Of a stretch of DNA of 64,000 nucleotides, positions 49,904 through 58,533 are shown piece by piece. Numbering within the stretch: position 1 is the stretch's first letter; every line of letters starts with the position of its first letter. Under the pieces are notes generated by a model that was not told the origin of the DNA, made no database searches, and saw only the letters and a program-made list of their open reading frames with translations. A program made the translations under genes and the position numbers. This DNA is from a virus. Location: positions 1 to 64,000 of the IMG/VR virus record IMGVR_UViG_3300009130_000005; one strand, written 5' to 3'.

Positions 49904-49932
49904 AAAACCCCCTAGAAATAGGGGGTTTTTTT
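49904..49932 (+). terminator. Rho-independent terminator
   Basis: AAAACCCCCTA-GAAA-TAGGGGGTTTTTTT. Confidence 0.9.
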
Positions 49933-49945
49933 ATTATTATATTTA

Positions 49946-50200
49946 ATGTTTTACATCAAGAAAGATCAGGATAATAGAGACGCAATTTCCTTAATAGAAG
50001 AAGTTATAACTGCGCACAAATCCCTTAAAAAAGAAAAAGAAAAAAGGGTTCTTGATTTATACATGGAATTGCCCAACGAAAAGCTTTTCGAAGAAATTTA
50101 CCTAGAGGAAGAGGAAATACGAAATATAGATATTCAAATTTCTGGAATAGAATACGCAAGAGATTACATTAAGCTAATGACAAAGATTTCAAAAAAATAG
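49946..50200 (+). CDS. Hypothetical protein
   Basis: ORF. Confidence 0.55.
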   Translation: MFYIKKDQDNRDAISLIEEVITAHKSLKKEKEKRVLDLYMELPNEKLFEEIYLEEEEIRNIDIQISGIEYARDYIKLMTKISKK

Positions 50201-50242
50201 CAGAGAATACTCAAGAATAAAAATCTTCGTGTAATAAAATAT

Positions 50243-50524
50243 ATGAGCAAAGAACCTAATTACTTTATAATCTTCTTAATAGTAATTATTATAGGAATTT
50301 ACTCAATATATGAAAAATGTAATGCTAAAAACAAAGAACTAATGAATATTATCGAACAACAGGATCAAGTTATCCTGCAACAAGATAGCGCGATAAAAAA
50401 ACAAGGAGACCTTATATTGTTCTACAATATATTCTACGAACAAAACCGAAACAACCAATACCCTCTTTTCAACCATGACTTTAAGGCAAGCCCTAAGGAA
50501 ATACAATTACAAAACCGTATTTAA
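50243..50524 (+). CDS. Membrane-anchored coiled-coil protein
   Basis: N-terminal TM; GTGTA 9 nt upstream. Confidence 0.6.
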   Translation: MSKEPNYFIIFLIVIIIGIYSIYEKCNAKNKELMNIIEQQDQVILQQDSAIKKQGDLILFYNIFYEQNRNNQYPLFNHDFKASPKEIQLQNRI

Positions 50525-50975
50525 TATTATATTTAAAATTTTTTTGCAAAACAAATCATATTCAGAAGTATATGCCCTAGATGTAAATTTTCTTAATGCG
50601 TGGAATAATCTAGTTAATACAGAAAGTTACGACAACTATAAAAATTGCTCTATCTATTTGGTTGAGATTGAGGATGACCTAGAAGATCCTCCTGAGCAAA
50701 TCGTAGATGTTTGCCTAATAGATTCCGCCGAAGATGCGCTTCAGGCTTTAGATTTTTTATCTTGGGGAGAAATAATTGACTTGGATATTAAAAATTCCAC
50801 CGACCTTTCGGATAAGGAATGCTTGGCATACATTCTTTGGGAAATCACTTTCTGGGGCTTTAGCGACAGTTCGATTGCAGAACAAAAAGCTAAGTTAAAA
50901 AAGTCTCAAAAAGACTGGGAGCGGGTTGAAAAAGAGCTCAAGGATTTATATAATCCAAGAGATGAATCTTTATAA
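50475..50975 (+). CDS. Hypothetical acidic protein
   Basis: LDFLSWGE, ILWEITFWGF. Confidence 0.65.
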   Translation: MTLRQALRKYNYKTVFNIIFKIFLQNKSYSEVYALDVNFLNAWNNLVNTESYDNYKNCSIYLVEIEDDLEDPPEQIVDVCLIDSAEDALQALDFLSWGEIIDLDIKNSTDLSDKECLAYILWEITFWGFSDSSIAEQKAKLKKSQKDWERVEKELKDLYNPRDESL

Positions 50976-51459
50976 AATCCCAACTCACAAGAATTGTCCC
51001 AAAAAAGTTTACGCAGTAGTCGAGATTCCTAAAGGCACCAGCGCAAAATACGAGTATGACCCAGAAATAGGAGTCTTTTTTTATGACAGAAGCCTGCTAA
51101 GTGCAATGACATACCCTGCGAGTTATGGTTTTATCCCAATGACTAAAGCAGAAGATGGAGATGCGCTTGATATTTTAGTTTATAATGCAGTACCCATCGC
51201 AAGAGGTACGGTTGTTGAATGCTTAGTATTAGGAGTGCTAGATATGAATGACGATGGAGAAAAAGATTACAAAATACTTGGCGTCCCTACATCACACGTT
51301 CGATCATATGAAAGCCTTGATGATATTGACCCGCTTTTCTTAGAGGTATCTAAAAACTTTTTCCAACACTACAAAGACCTAAATGGTAAAGATGTCGAAA
51401 TACTTAACTGGCACGACAAACATACTGCAAGAAAAATTATAAATGAAAACTTAATATAA
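50962..51459 (+). CDS. ppa: Family I inorganic pyrophosphatase
   Basis: EIPKG, KYEYD, YPASYGFIP, DGDALD, DYKILGVP, FFQHYK. Confidence 0.93.
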   Translation: MNLYKIPTHKNCPKKVYAVVEIPKGTSAKYEYDPEIGVFFYDRSLLSAMTYPASYGFIPMTKAEDGDALDILVYNAVPIARGTVVECLVLGVLDMNDDGEKDYKILGVPTSHVRSYESLDDIDPLFLEVSKNFFQHYKDLNGKDVEILNWHDKHTARKIINENLI

Positions 51460-51466
51460 AAATCAA

Positions 51467-51700
51467 ATGAATAATTCAATGAAAGATGTAAGAAAATACT
51501 ATAAGGAAGAGGTTGATCGGCTAACTGGCGCAGATTTCATGCTGGAGTCGCTCGCTCGGCACTGCGCTTCAAGCATTAACTTGATAGACAGCATAATGGA
51601 CAAAGATAGATTTGCAAAAAATAATAGCGCCAAAGACACTAAAGATTTACTTCTCAGTGTAAGTAATAATATCAATAAGTTAAAACATCTACACAAATGA
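51467..51700 (+). CDS. Hypothetical protein
   Basis: ORF in operon. Confidence 0.55.
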   Translation: MNNSMKDVRKYYKEEVDRLTGADFMLESLARHCASSINLIDSIMDKDRFAKNNSAKDTKDLLLSVSNNINKLKHLHK

Positions 51701-51828
51701 AATATTTAAATTTTTTATTATTTTTTATTTTTTCTGGCTGCACCCCAAATTGCAACGAAAATAATTGCGCATGCAATACCTGCAACGACGAGTGCAAAAA
51801 CTGCGAATGCAATAAAGAAAGTGTCTAA
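51697..51828 (+). CDS. 43-aa Cys-rich lipopeptide (metallothionein-like)
   Basis: MKYLNFLLFFIFSG-C lipobox followed by TPNCNENNCACNTCNDECKNCECNKESV; ATGA coupling. Confidence 0.6.
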   Translation: MKYLNFLLFFIFSGCTPNCNENNCACNTCNDECKNCECNKESV

Positions 51829-51952
51829 ATCCTCAGCAGGAAAGGGTGACTCCCCTAGAAATAATTTTTCCAAAAATTTTCAAACAAATTATGAAAAAAT
51901 AAATTGGAAAAACCGAAGAGCCAAAAAAAAATTAAAAAAGAAAAAGGATTAA
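51821..51952 (+). CDS. Small basic phage protein (GKG.SPR type)
   Basis: GTG start; SAGKGDSPR...NYEKINW. Confidence 0.5.
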   Translation: MSKSSAGKGDSPRNNFSKNFQTNYEKINWKNRRAKKKLKKKKD

Positions 51953-51954
51953 CA

Positions 51955-52122
51955 GTGGACGATAGACAGAAGAAATACGTTGAAAGCACCAAAGGTCAAG
52001 AAGCTCTTTCTCGTGCGAGAAAGAAATACGATGAATCAGACAAAGATAGGCGCAGACAACAAAAAAGAGATTACATGAGAAGAAAGCGCGAGCAAGACCC
52101 AAACTACTGTAAATGGAAATAA
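51955..52122 (+). CDS. Basic hypothetical protein (start uncertain)
   Basis: R/K-rich helix. Confidence 0.5.
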   Translation: MDDRQKKYVESTKGQEALSRARKKYDESDKDRRRQQKRDYMRRKREQDPNYCKWK

Positions 52123-52126
52123 ATTT

Positions 52127-52942
52127 ATGAAATACATATTAATAGCTATAGCCTTATTGGCATCAAACTGTCTAGCCGCAAGAGATAAAAATCCCTTGCC
52201 AGAAAAGCCAAAGATTGAAAAACCTTCAAAGCCAAAGCATTTTCCCAAGCATTGGGGTCGCCCTCCTCAAATCCAATTAAAGGATTACGTAACTCTTCCT
52301 AATGGATTCGGAAAGGGGAGCTCAACTCTCGCAAACTGGATTAAGGAAAATTTAAAAAAAGACGCAGAAAATAAAAAGCCTGAGACTAAGCCTAAGCCCG
52401 AAATTAAGCCCAAGCCCAAGCCTAACAGGCCTTCAAGGCCAAATCCAAGACCTGAACCCCCTAAAGAGGTAAAAGACAAGATGGAAGCCTACAAGGAGGC
52501 ACAAAAAACCCTTCAAGAAGGTTTGAAAAAGAGACTCAAGGATTTAGGAGAAAAACCCTCAAGAGAAGCAGTAAGAAAGGAAGTTGAGAAATTTAAAGCA
52601 GAAAACAAATCAGCAATAGATTCTCAAAAATCTTTAGGTAAGGATATTCAAGATTGGCATAAAGACAATAGACCCGAGAGGCCAAAAAGACCCGAACCAA
52701 GCGAAGATGTAAAAAATAAAATGAATGCCCTCAAAGAGCAACAAGAAGCTTTTAAGGGTGTTAGAGACGCTTTCAGGCAAGCAATGGAGCGATCAAAAGA
52801 TATGAGCAAAGAAGATAGAGATGAATTAATTAAACAATTTAAAGAAGCGAGCGCTGAAAATCATAAAGCAATCAAAGAAGCTCACAAAGCTTTACAAAAA
52901 GAAATAAGAGAAATAAAACAAGAAGGTGATCGTAGACAATAA
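52127..52942 (+). CDS. Secreted Pro/Lys-rich helical protein
   Basis: Signal peptide; HWGRPP...GKGSSTL motif; internal duplication RPEPPKEVKDKM / RPEPSEDVKNKM. Confidence 0.7.
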   Translation: MKYILIAIALLASNCLAARDKNPLPEKPKIEKPSKPKHFPKHWGRPPQIQLKDYVTLPNGFGKGSSTLANWIKENLKKDAENKKPETKPKPEIKPKPKPNRPSRPNPRPEPPKEVKDKMEAYKEAQKTLQEGLKKRLKDLGEKPSREAVRKEVEKFKAENKSAIDSQKSLGKDIQDWHKDNRPERPKRPEPSEDVKNKMNALKEQQEAFKGVRDAFRQAMERSKDMSKEDRDELIKQFKEASAENHKAIKEAHKALQKEIREIKQEGDRRQ

Positions 52943-52959
52943 TTAAAACAAGGATAGAT

Positions 52960-53601
52960 ATGAAAAAGTTGTGGATAGTAATACTGGCTGTGTTGTGTAC
53001 AAATTTGTACGCACAAAAAAATAATAACAAACCCAAGGACGAAGAACCTGATCAATTACCTACGCAAACTGAAGAACCTACTAAAGAAGAACCTTCGGTT
53101 GATGATAACACAAAACCATCATTACCACCAATTGATTTTGTAGATGAGGTTGAAAACAGTGGAGGTCCTGAAGTTATTGAAGAACTTGAGAAGGTTAAAA
53201 AAGAGAAAGATGATTTGGCAAAGATCATTGTTGATAAAGAGGAAAACGAAGGCAAGTTACTTAAGAGAATAGAAGAACTTCGTGTTTCAAAGGAATCACT
53301 TGAAAAAAACCTTGAAGCTGCAAGTGATTTGATTGACGAACTCAACAAAGAAAAAAAGCAATTGAAATCAAACATCTCGGATTTACAAACAGAACTTGAT
53401 AAACCTGTTGGTTCTTTATTTGATGGTTGGGTTTACTTACCCAAGTCTGGTTGGATTTATACTTCACCTAAAATTTATCCGTATGCGTTTTCTCAAAATG
53501 ACGGATGGTTAAAATACGAACTTGGTACAGACCCAAGACGAGTATTTTATTTTAAGGAAGATGCTTGGAAAGTTTTGAATAAAAAGAAAAACAAATTATA
53601 G
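52960..53601 (+). CDS. Secreted coiled-coil protein with C-terminal GW-rich domain
   Basis: Signal peptide; GWVY..GWIYTS..YPY..GWLKY. Confidence 0.7.
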   Translation: MKKLWIVILAVLCTNLYAQKNNNKPKDEEPDQLPTQTEEPTKEEPSVDDNTKPSLPPIDFVDEVENSGGPEVIEELEKVKKEKDDLAKIIVDKEENEGKLLKRIEELRVSKESLEKNLEAASDLIDELNKEKKQLKSNISDLQTELDKPVGSLFDGWVYLPKSGWIYTSPKIYPYAFSQNDGWLKYELGTDPRRVFYFKEDAWKVLNKKKNKL

Positions 53602-53640
53602 AGACAAGACAAGACGGGGATAGAAGAAAATAATTAGCAA

Positions 53641-54252
53641 ATGATAGATCATCAGTATAAATGCATTTTTATTCATATTAACAAATGCGGAGGAACAACC
53701 TTAGATAGATTATTTAAGGCAAACGCTCGTGGACACAAATCCATTCTATCATACCAAAAGGCTTACCCAAAAAAATTTGACTCTTATTTTAAATTTTCTT
53801 TTACGAGAAATCCATGGGACAAAATGGTGTCGTTTTACCATTACCATGTCAGAAGAGGGTGGCCTTTTAACTGGGATTGGAATAAGAATAACGCCCCTAA
53901 CTTTGAAGATTTCATTAAAATAATTCACACTTATTCAGAAGAAAAAGAAAAAAAGATATGGCCGAAGAAACAGATTCGAAAGCATAAGACAACAACTATG
54001 CGCATGAGTAATCATTTAGATTGGCTGTGTAGTGATAGTGGAGAGATATTAGTTGACTTTATAGGCAAATTAGAGAATTTTCAATCAGATTTCGATCAAG
54101 TCTGCGACAAAATAGGAATGCCAAGGCGAAATCTACCGCACAAAAACAAAAGCAAACACAAGCATTATAGAACTTACTACAACGATGAAACGATTCAAAT
54201 CGTTGCAGAACGATTCTCAAAAGATATTGATTATTTTGGATATCAATTTTAA
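53641..54252 (+). CDS. Sulfotransferase
   Basis: FIHINKCGGTT, RNPWDKMVS, IGKLE. Confidence 0.88.
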   Translation: MIDHQYKCIFIHINKCGGTTLDRLFKANARGHKSILSYQKAYPKKFDSYFKFSFTRNPWDKMVSFYHYHVRRGWPFNWDWNKNNAPNFEDFIKIIHTYSEEKEKKIWPKKQIRKHKTTTMRMSNHLDWLCSDSGEILVDFIGKLENFQSDFDQVCDKIGMPRRNLPHKNKSKHKHYRTYYNDETIQIVAERFSKDIDYFGYQF

Positions 54253-54274
54253 TTTTAAATTAAACCTATGAAAG

Positions 54275-54301
54275 AACCGCTGTGATTACGGCGGTTTTTT
54301 T
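54275..54301 (+). terminator. Rho-independent terminator
   Basis: AACCGCTGT-GATT-ACGGCGGTTTTTTT. Confidence 0.85.
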
Positions 54302-54315
54302 GTGTAATACATTAT

Positions 54316-54567
54316 ATGTTAAGGTTTTTGCCTGTTTTATTGCTCCTTGGCTGCGTTTCTACGCGTGGCCCACAGCCTTCTGATACCGAATTTAAAGAAG
54401 AAGACAGAAACTGGAAACAAGTGTATGTAGAAGAAATGGAAATTGCCAACGAAAACAACGACACAGAGGCTTATTATTTTTTTCTACAAGAGATTGTCAA
54501 AGAAGAATATAAATTAAAATTCGGAAAAGATCTACCCCCCAATCCTGTTATAAAAATATTAAATTAA
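54316..54567 (+). CDS. Small lipoprotein
   Basis: LLLLG-C lipobox; GTGTA 9 nt upstream. Confidence 0.7.
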   Translation: MLRFLPVLLLLGCVSTRGPQPSDTEFKEEDRNWKQVYVEEMEIANENNDTEAYYFFLQEIVKEEYKLKFGKDLPPNPVIKILN

Positions 54568-54571
54568 AGCG

Positions 54572-54997
54572 ATGAAAACTGGAATTACCTTCTCAACTTT
54601 CGACTTGCTTCATGCGGGCCATGTAATGATGCTGCAAGAAGCTAAAAGCGTATGCGATTATTTAATTTGCGGCTTACATGTTGACCCGAAAATAGAAAGA
54701 CCTCAAAAAAATTCTCCGACACAATCTCTCCCAGAAAGATATATGCAGCTTTCTTCAGTAAAATATGTTGACGAGATTATACCCTATCAATACGAACAAG
54801 ACCTTTGGGATATTTTAAAAGCATACCAAATAGATATTAGAATAGCTGGAGCAGACCATAAGGGTACAGAATTTAGCGGTTTAGATATTTGCAGGAATTT
54901 AGGAATAGAAGTTTACTATAATCACAGAGACCACGATTTCTCAAGCACAGAACTAAGAAAAAGAATAGCTCAAGCAGAAAAAGAAAAAGATGTTTGA
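54572..54997 (+). CDS. Glycerol-3-phosphate cytidylyltransferase (TagD)-like
   Basis: TFDLLHAGH, YVDEIIPY, SSTELR. Confidence 0.85.
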   Translation: MKTGITFSTFDLLHAGHVMMLQEAKSVCDYLICGLHVDPKIERPQKNSPTQSLPERYMQLSSVKYVDEIIPYQYEQDLWDILKAYQIDIRIAGADHKGTEFSGLDICRNLGIEVYYNHRDHDFSSTELRKRIAQAEKEKDV

Positions 54998-55022
54998 CAT
55001 TTAAAGGCTAAAATGATAAAAT
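54994..55022 (+). promoter_or_regulatory. sigma70 promoter
   Basis: TTGACA-17 nt-TAAAAT, 6 nt before ATG. Confidence 0.7.
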
Positions 55023-55028
55023 GCCTTT

Positions 55029-55430
55029 ATGTTAAACTTAAAGTACTTAATTGTGGTAATGATAGCTTTTTTATTGGGAACGCAATCAAATTTCAATAAA
55101 CCTATTGCAAAACAAAAGCAAGAACCAAAGATTCTTGAATCAAACAAGCTCAAGGTTTTAGTTACTCATACGGAAGGTTCATACCTCATGGAAATCAATA
55201 GTGTTCCCAAACCGTTTGACGTTGATGGTAGTTACCCTTATGTATTATGGGTTAACGGGAAAAGGTTTAAATTGCCAATGAAAGACCTCAAGGAAATGAT
55301 TGCGAAAATTGGAGAAGAAAATATACCACCTATAGATAATAATGATATACACAAAGGCTGGATGAGATCCTTTTTTGCTGTAGATAACGCAGATTTTCTT
55401 GAATCTAAGGAAAAAATGGCAAGGCAGTGA
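55029..55430 (+). CDS. Hypothetical exported protein
   Basis: N-terminal hydrophobic segment. Confidence 0.6.
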   Translation: MLNLKYLIVVMIAFLLGTQSNFNKPIAKQKQEPKILESNKLKVLVTHTEGSYLMEINSVPKPFDVDGSYPYVLWVNGKRFKLPMKDLKEMIAKIGEENIPPIDNNDIHKGWMRSFFAVDNADFLESKEKMARQ

Positions 55431-55436
55431 AAGATA

Positions 55437-55691
55437 ATGAACATTACAAAAAAATTAAAACATATTAATTTTGAATGGAGTGAGTCAGAAAAAACTTTTA
55501 CAATTACAGAAGAAGATGGCAACAGAGTAATCTTAAATAAAGTTTACGCTTTTGCTTTTATGCGGTTTGTGGTTCGTATGGCTCAGAGAAACTGGCTCAG
55601 AACAGGAATGCAGAAAAATAACGATAGCGACACAAGTATAAAAGATGAACTTTTAGAAAATCCAAAGCAAATTGAGTTTAACTACGAATAA
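55437..55691 (+). CDS. Hypothetical protein
   Basis: ORF in operon. Confidence 0.6.
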   Translation: MNITKKLKHINFEWSESEKTFTITEEDGNRVILNKVYAFAFMRFVVRMAQRNWLRTGMQKNNDSDTSIKDELLENPKQIEFNYE

Positions 55692-56461
55692 TGTCTTACA
55701 AACTAACAAGGTACCATAATCGCTTGGGCAACAATATAAGGCAGGTAATTAATGCTTGCACGGCTGCACACAAAGACGGGGCTCATGGGGTAATAATACC
55801 TCGACACAGATGTTTTAAAAAAACATTCATACCAATACATAACAATAATTCCGAAAAAAGAAAAAGAAAAACATGGTTCCATACACCCAAACAAAGAAAA
55901 TGCATGGACCACGAGATGACATCACCGAAGAAAATAGTCGACTTATACCTTCAAGACTTTCTCTGGACTTCTCCAGAATATAACAATACAAAAGATTTAG
56001 TTTTGCACGTAAGAAGCGGTGATATTTTTCGAGGGAAAGGCGCGAGCAGGCATTACCTTCAACCGCCTTATTCTTTTTATGTTAAATGCATAGAGTCTTC
56101 GGAAAAAAATCACATACTTTTAGTTACGGAAAAAGATAGAAGAAATCCAATTATCAATCAGCTTGAGAAAGACTTTTCAAATAACATATCAATACAAACC
56201 TCTAGCCTAAAAGAGGATGTTAAAGCAATTCTGCAGGCAGAAGAGCTTGTGCTAGCAAAATCCAGCTTTTCTAGACAGTTAAGTTTATTCTGCCCCTTCT
56301 TAAAGAAGGTTCATTCTCCATTTTGGCCGTATTCAGTAGGCGGTATAGATTCAATTAACTATAAGTTTCCTAATTATAAAACAGAACCTTGGAAAAATTC
56401 CAAGGAACAGCGCGAAAAAATAATGAGTTACAAAAAAGAGAACATAAAGTTATTCACTTAG
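55691..56461 (+). CDS. GT11 (alpha-1,2-fucosyltransferase)-like protein
   Basis: RLGNN, LHVRSGD, SSFS. Confidence 0.6.
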   Translation: MSYKLTRYHNRLGNNIRQVINACTAAHKDGAHGVIIPRHRCFKKTFIPIHNNNSEKRKRKTWFHTPKQRKCMDHEMTSPKKIVDLYLQDFLWTSPEYNNTKDLVLHVRSGDIFRGKGASRHYLQPPYSFYVKCIESSEKNHILLVTEKDRRNPIINQLEKDFSNNISIQTSSLKEDVKAILQAEELVLAKSSFSRQLSLFCPFLKKVHSPFWPYSVGGIDSINYKFPNYKTEPWKNSKEQREKIMSYKKENIKLFT

Positions 56462-56624
56462 CTAAATATTTACCCATATTTTCTGAAAAAAAGTAAACTT
56501 GTTGCATTAATTCTTCTCGCTTCTTACCTTTTTCTTTCTTTGCCTTTTCGTATAAATTCAACACAAAGTCTGCATCTATCTTATATTTAATCTTAACTTC
56601 TTTTGTTTGTTTTTTGTCTTTCAT
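56454..56624 (-). CDS. 56-aa basic hypothetical protein
   Basis: MKDKKQTKEV...; minus-strand GTGTA 9 nt upstream; not in ORF track. Confidence 0.55.
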   Translation of the reverse strand: MKDKKQTKEVKIKYKIDADFVLNLYEKAKKEKGKKREELMQQVYFFSENMGKYLAK

Positions 56625-56709
56625 AAATAATATTACACCTTAAAATTTCTAATTTAAAGATTGTCCGTGTATAATTAATTACAAGACAAAAACCCTTAAT
56701 TATAAGAAT

Positions 56710-57096
56710 ATGCCTATAAATACAAACCCAACTGGATTATTTCCTAAAGCTCAGCTCGGAAGTGATTCACCGTATACTTACCTTGCTGACGGCGATAACA
56801 TTACGTCCACGGGGGGAGGAGTTTACATTCCTTTAGTCGATCTCGATGACTATATTCCCTCAGCAGATGTACTTGACGAGAATCATGGTGATGCAGACTA
56901 CAGATATCTTTTATTAGCTCTAAATGAGGCTGTAATGGACCATCACGGAAGCTTGTCTGCATTAGACAAACCTAAAAATGCCACTCTTACGGAAGGAAAT
57001 TTGCAAACTTCGAAAGATGGTAAAACTACGAAAGTATTCACTCAAAAATTCTTCTATGATACTTCGGACTTAAGGCTGAAGCCAGGCGACGAATAA
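56710..57096 (+). CDS. Hypothetical protein, paralog of 41997..42347
   Basis: NPTGLF, IPLVD, ADYRYLL. Confidence 0.75.
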   Translation: MPINTNPTGLFPKAQLGSDSPYTYLADGDNITSTGGGVYIPLVDLDDYIPSADVLDENHGDADYRYLLLALNEAVMDHHGSLSALDKPKNATLTEGNLQTSKDGKTTKVFTQKFFYDTSDLRLKPGDE

Positions 57097-57115
57097 GTAA
57101 ACTTTTAATTTAACC

Positions 57116-57147
57116 AAAAAAAGCCCAAGATTTTCTTGGGCTTTTTT
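57116..57147 (+). terminator. Rho-independent terminator (bidirectional-type)
   Basis: AAAAAAGCCCAAGA-TTT-TCTTGGGCTTTTTT. Confidence 0.85.
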
Positions 57148-57148
57148 A

Positions 57149-57177
57149 TTGACTTTTTTGCTAATCAATGCTATCAT
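57149..57177 (+). promoter_or_regulatory. sigma70 promoter
   Basis: TTGACT-17 nt-TATCAT, 6 nt before ATG 57184. Confidence 0.65.
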
Positions 57178-57183
57178 TTACCC

Positions 57184-57429
57184 ATGAAATTAAATGCAAA
57201 ACAAAAAAAAGTCTTACTTAAGTGCGCAGAAGAACTTAACGAACTATCAACAGTTTTGCTACAGGAAGTTAATAAAAGAAAATGCAAATACAATGATATT
57301 GTCTCAGAAATGCGAGATGTAGAAGCAAGAATTATGGATTTAAGAGACATGCTTATGCCTGACAAAAATTACCCTAACTACAACACCAAGAGTTTAAAGC
57401 TTGGAGATGCAAAAAAATTTCCTTTTTAA
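57184..57429 (+). CDS. Hypothetical protein
   Basis: MKLNAKQ..., start moved to after the promoter. Confidence 0.6.
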   Translation: MKLNAKQKKVLLKCAEELNELSTVLLQEVNKRKCKYNDIVSEMRDVEARIMDLRDMLMPDKNYPNYNTKSLKLGDAKKFPF

Positions 57430-57651
57430 CTATAATGTATAAAACCTTTTTTCCCACCAAGGCTTTTTTGTAGACTGCTTGTCTAAATATTCCAATATTT
57501 GTGTTTTTAGGACTTGACCTTCTACTGAATTTTTGATATAGTTATCCAATGATTGATTCTTTAATTTGGCCATTCCGCTCCAGTCTTCAAACTGAGCCTC
57601 AGTTAGCCTTAAATATATTTCTTTAAATTTAATTTTATCATCAGGGTCCAT
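57430..57651 (-). CDS. Ribbon-helix-helix-like small protein
   Basis: IYLRLTE...AKLKNQSLDNYI; minus-strand GTGTA 12 nt upstream. Confidence 0.5.
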   Translation of the reverse strand: MDPDDKIKFKEIYLRLTEAQFEDWSGMAKLKNQSLDNYIKNSVEGQVLKTQILEYLDKQSTKKPWWEKRFYTL

Positions 57652-57669
57652 ATCATAAATATATACACA

Positions 57670-57909
57670 ATGAAAGACGAAAAAGACAGATTATATGAGT
57701 TCAGAGTATGCTACAATGAAGGAGCATATCACTCAGCGGTAAACAGTTATCACTATTATCAAGCCTATAACGCTTATGATGCATTACATTTTCATTGCAA
57801 AATGATGGAAAGGCGAAATATTGACTGTCAAATAATTTCAGTTGAAAGAAAATGTCCTTGGAGAAACAACTGGGTAGACGAAAGTGCAGTTATCCACAAT
57901 GAGCATTAA
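57670..57909 (+). CDS. Hypothetical protein
   Basis: ORF. Confidence 0.6.
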   Translation: MKDEKDRLYEFRVCYNEGAYHSAVNSYHYYQAYNAYDALHFHCKMMERRNIDCQIISVERKCPWRNNWVDESAVIHNEH

Positions 57910-58450
57910 AATTATAGAGGGTAATCTTTTAGATTTCCCGCCATATTGCAAAATTGACCCTAATAAATATTTAGGAATAAATAATATTGCTCATTCTTGT
58001 AATACTAGGAATATTATGGGAGGAGGAATTGCTTTGCAAATAAAGAACAGGTATCCCCAAGCGTATGAAGCGGATACCGAGGCTTACAATAAAGAGTACG
58101 ACAAAAATGGTCAGTACATTAATTGGTTAGGTAAATATTCAAAAGTCGAGATTGAAAGCAAATTTCTTCCGAACAACAAAGGAAGAATTTACAATCTATA
58201 TACTCAAGCTAGTGTGGGAAGAGATAAAAGACAGGTCAGCTACGAAGTATTTTGGAGAGCATTAAAAAATATGCAAGAAGATTTGCTCTTTATTCAGCAT
58301 GAAACAGGAGAACCTCAAGTATTAGGTTTACCTTACGGAATTTCCTGTGGACTTGCAGGAGGTAGTTGGAAAATAATAAAAGCAATTATTGAAGATATTT
58401 TTATTGATTGTTTAGTAAAATGTTACATAGTTAAATTTGAATATGCATAA
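57899..58450 (+). CDS. Macrodomain (ADP-ribose binding/hydrolase) protein
   Basis: EGNLL, AHSCN, MGGGIA, NLYTQ, PYGISCGLAGGSW. Confidence 0.85.
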   Translation: MSIKIIEGNLLDFPPYCKIDPNKYLGINNIAHSCNTRNIMGGGIALQIKNRYPQAYEADTEAYNKEYDKNGQYINWLGKYSKVEIESKFLPNNKGRIYNLYTQASVGRDKRQVSYEVFWRALKNMQEDLLFIQHETGEPQVLGLPYGISCGLAGGSWKIIKAIIEDIFIDCLVKCYIVKFEYA

Positions 58451-58451
58451 A

Positions 58452-58527
<76 letters not shown>

Positions 58528-58533
58528 TTTTAT

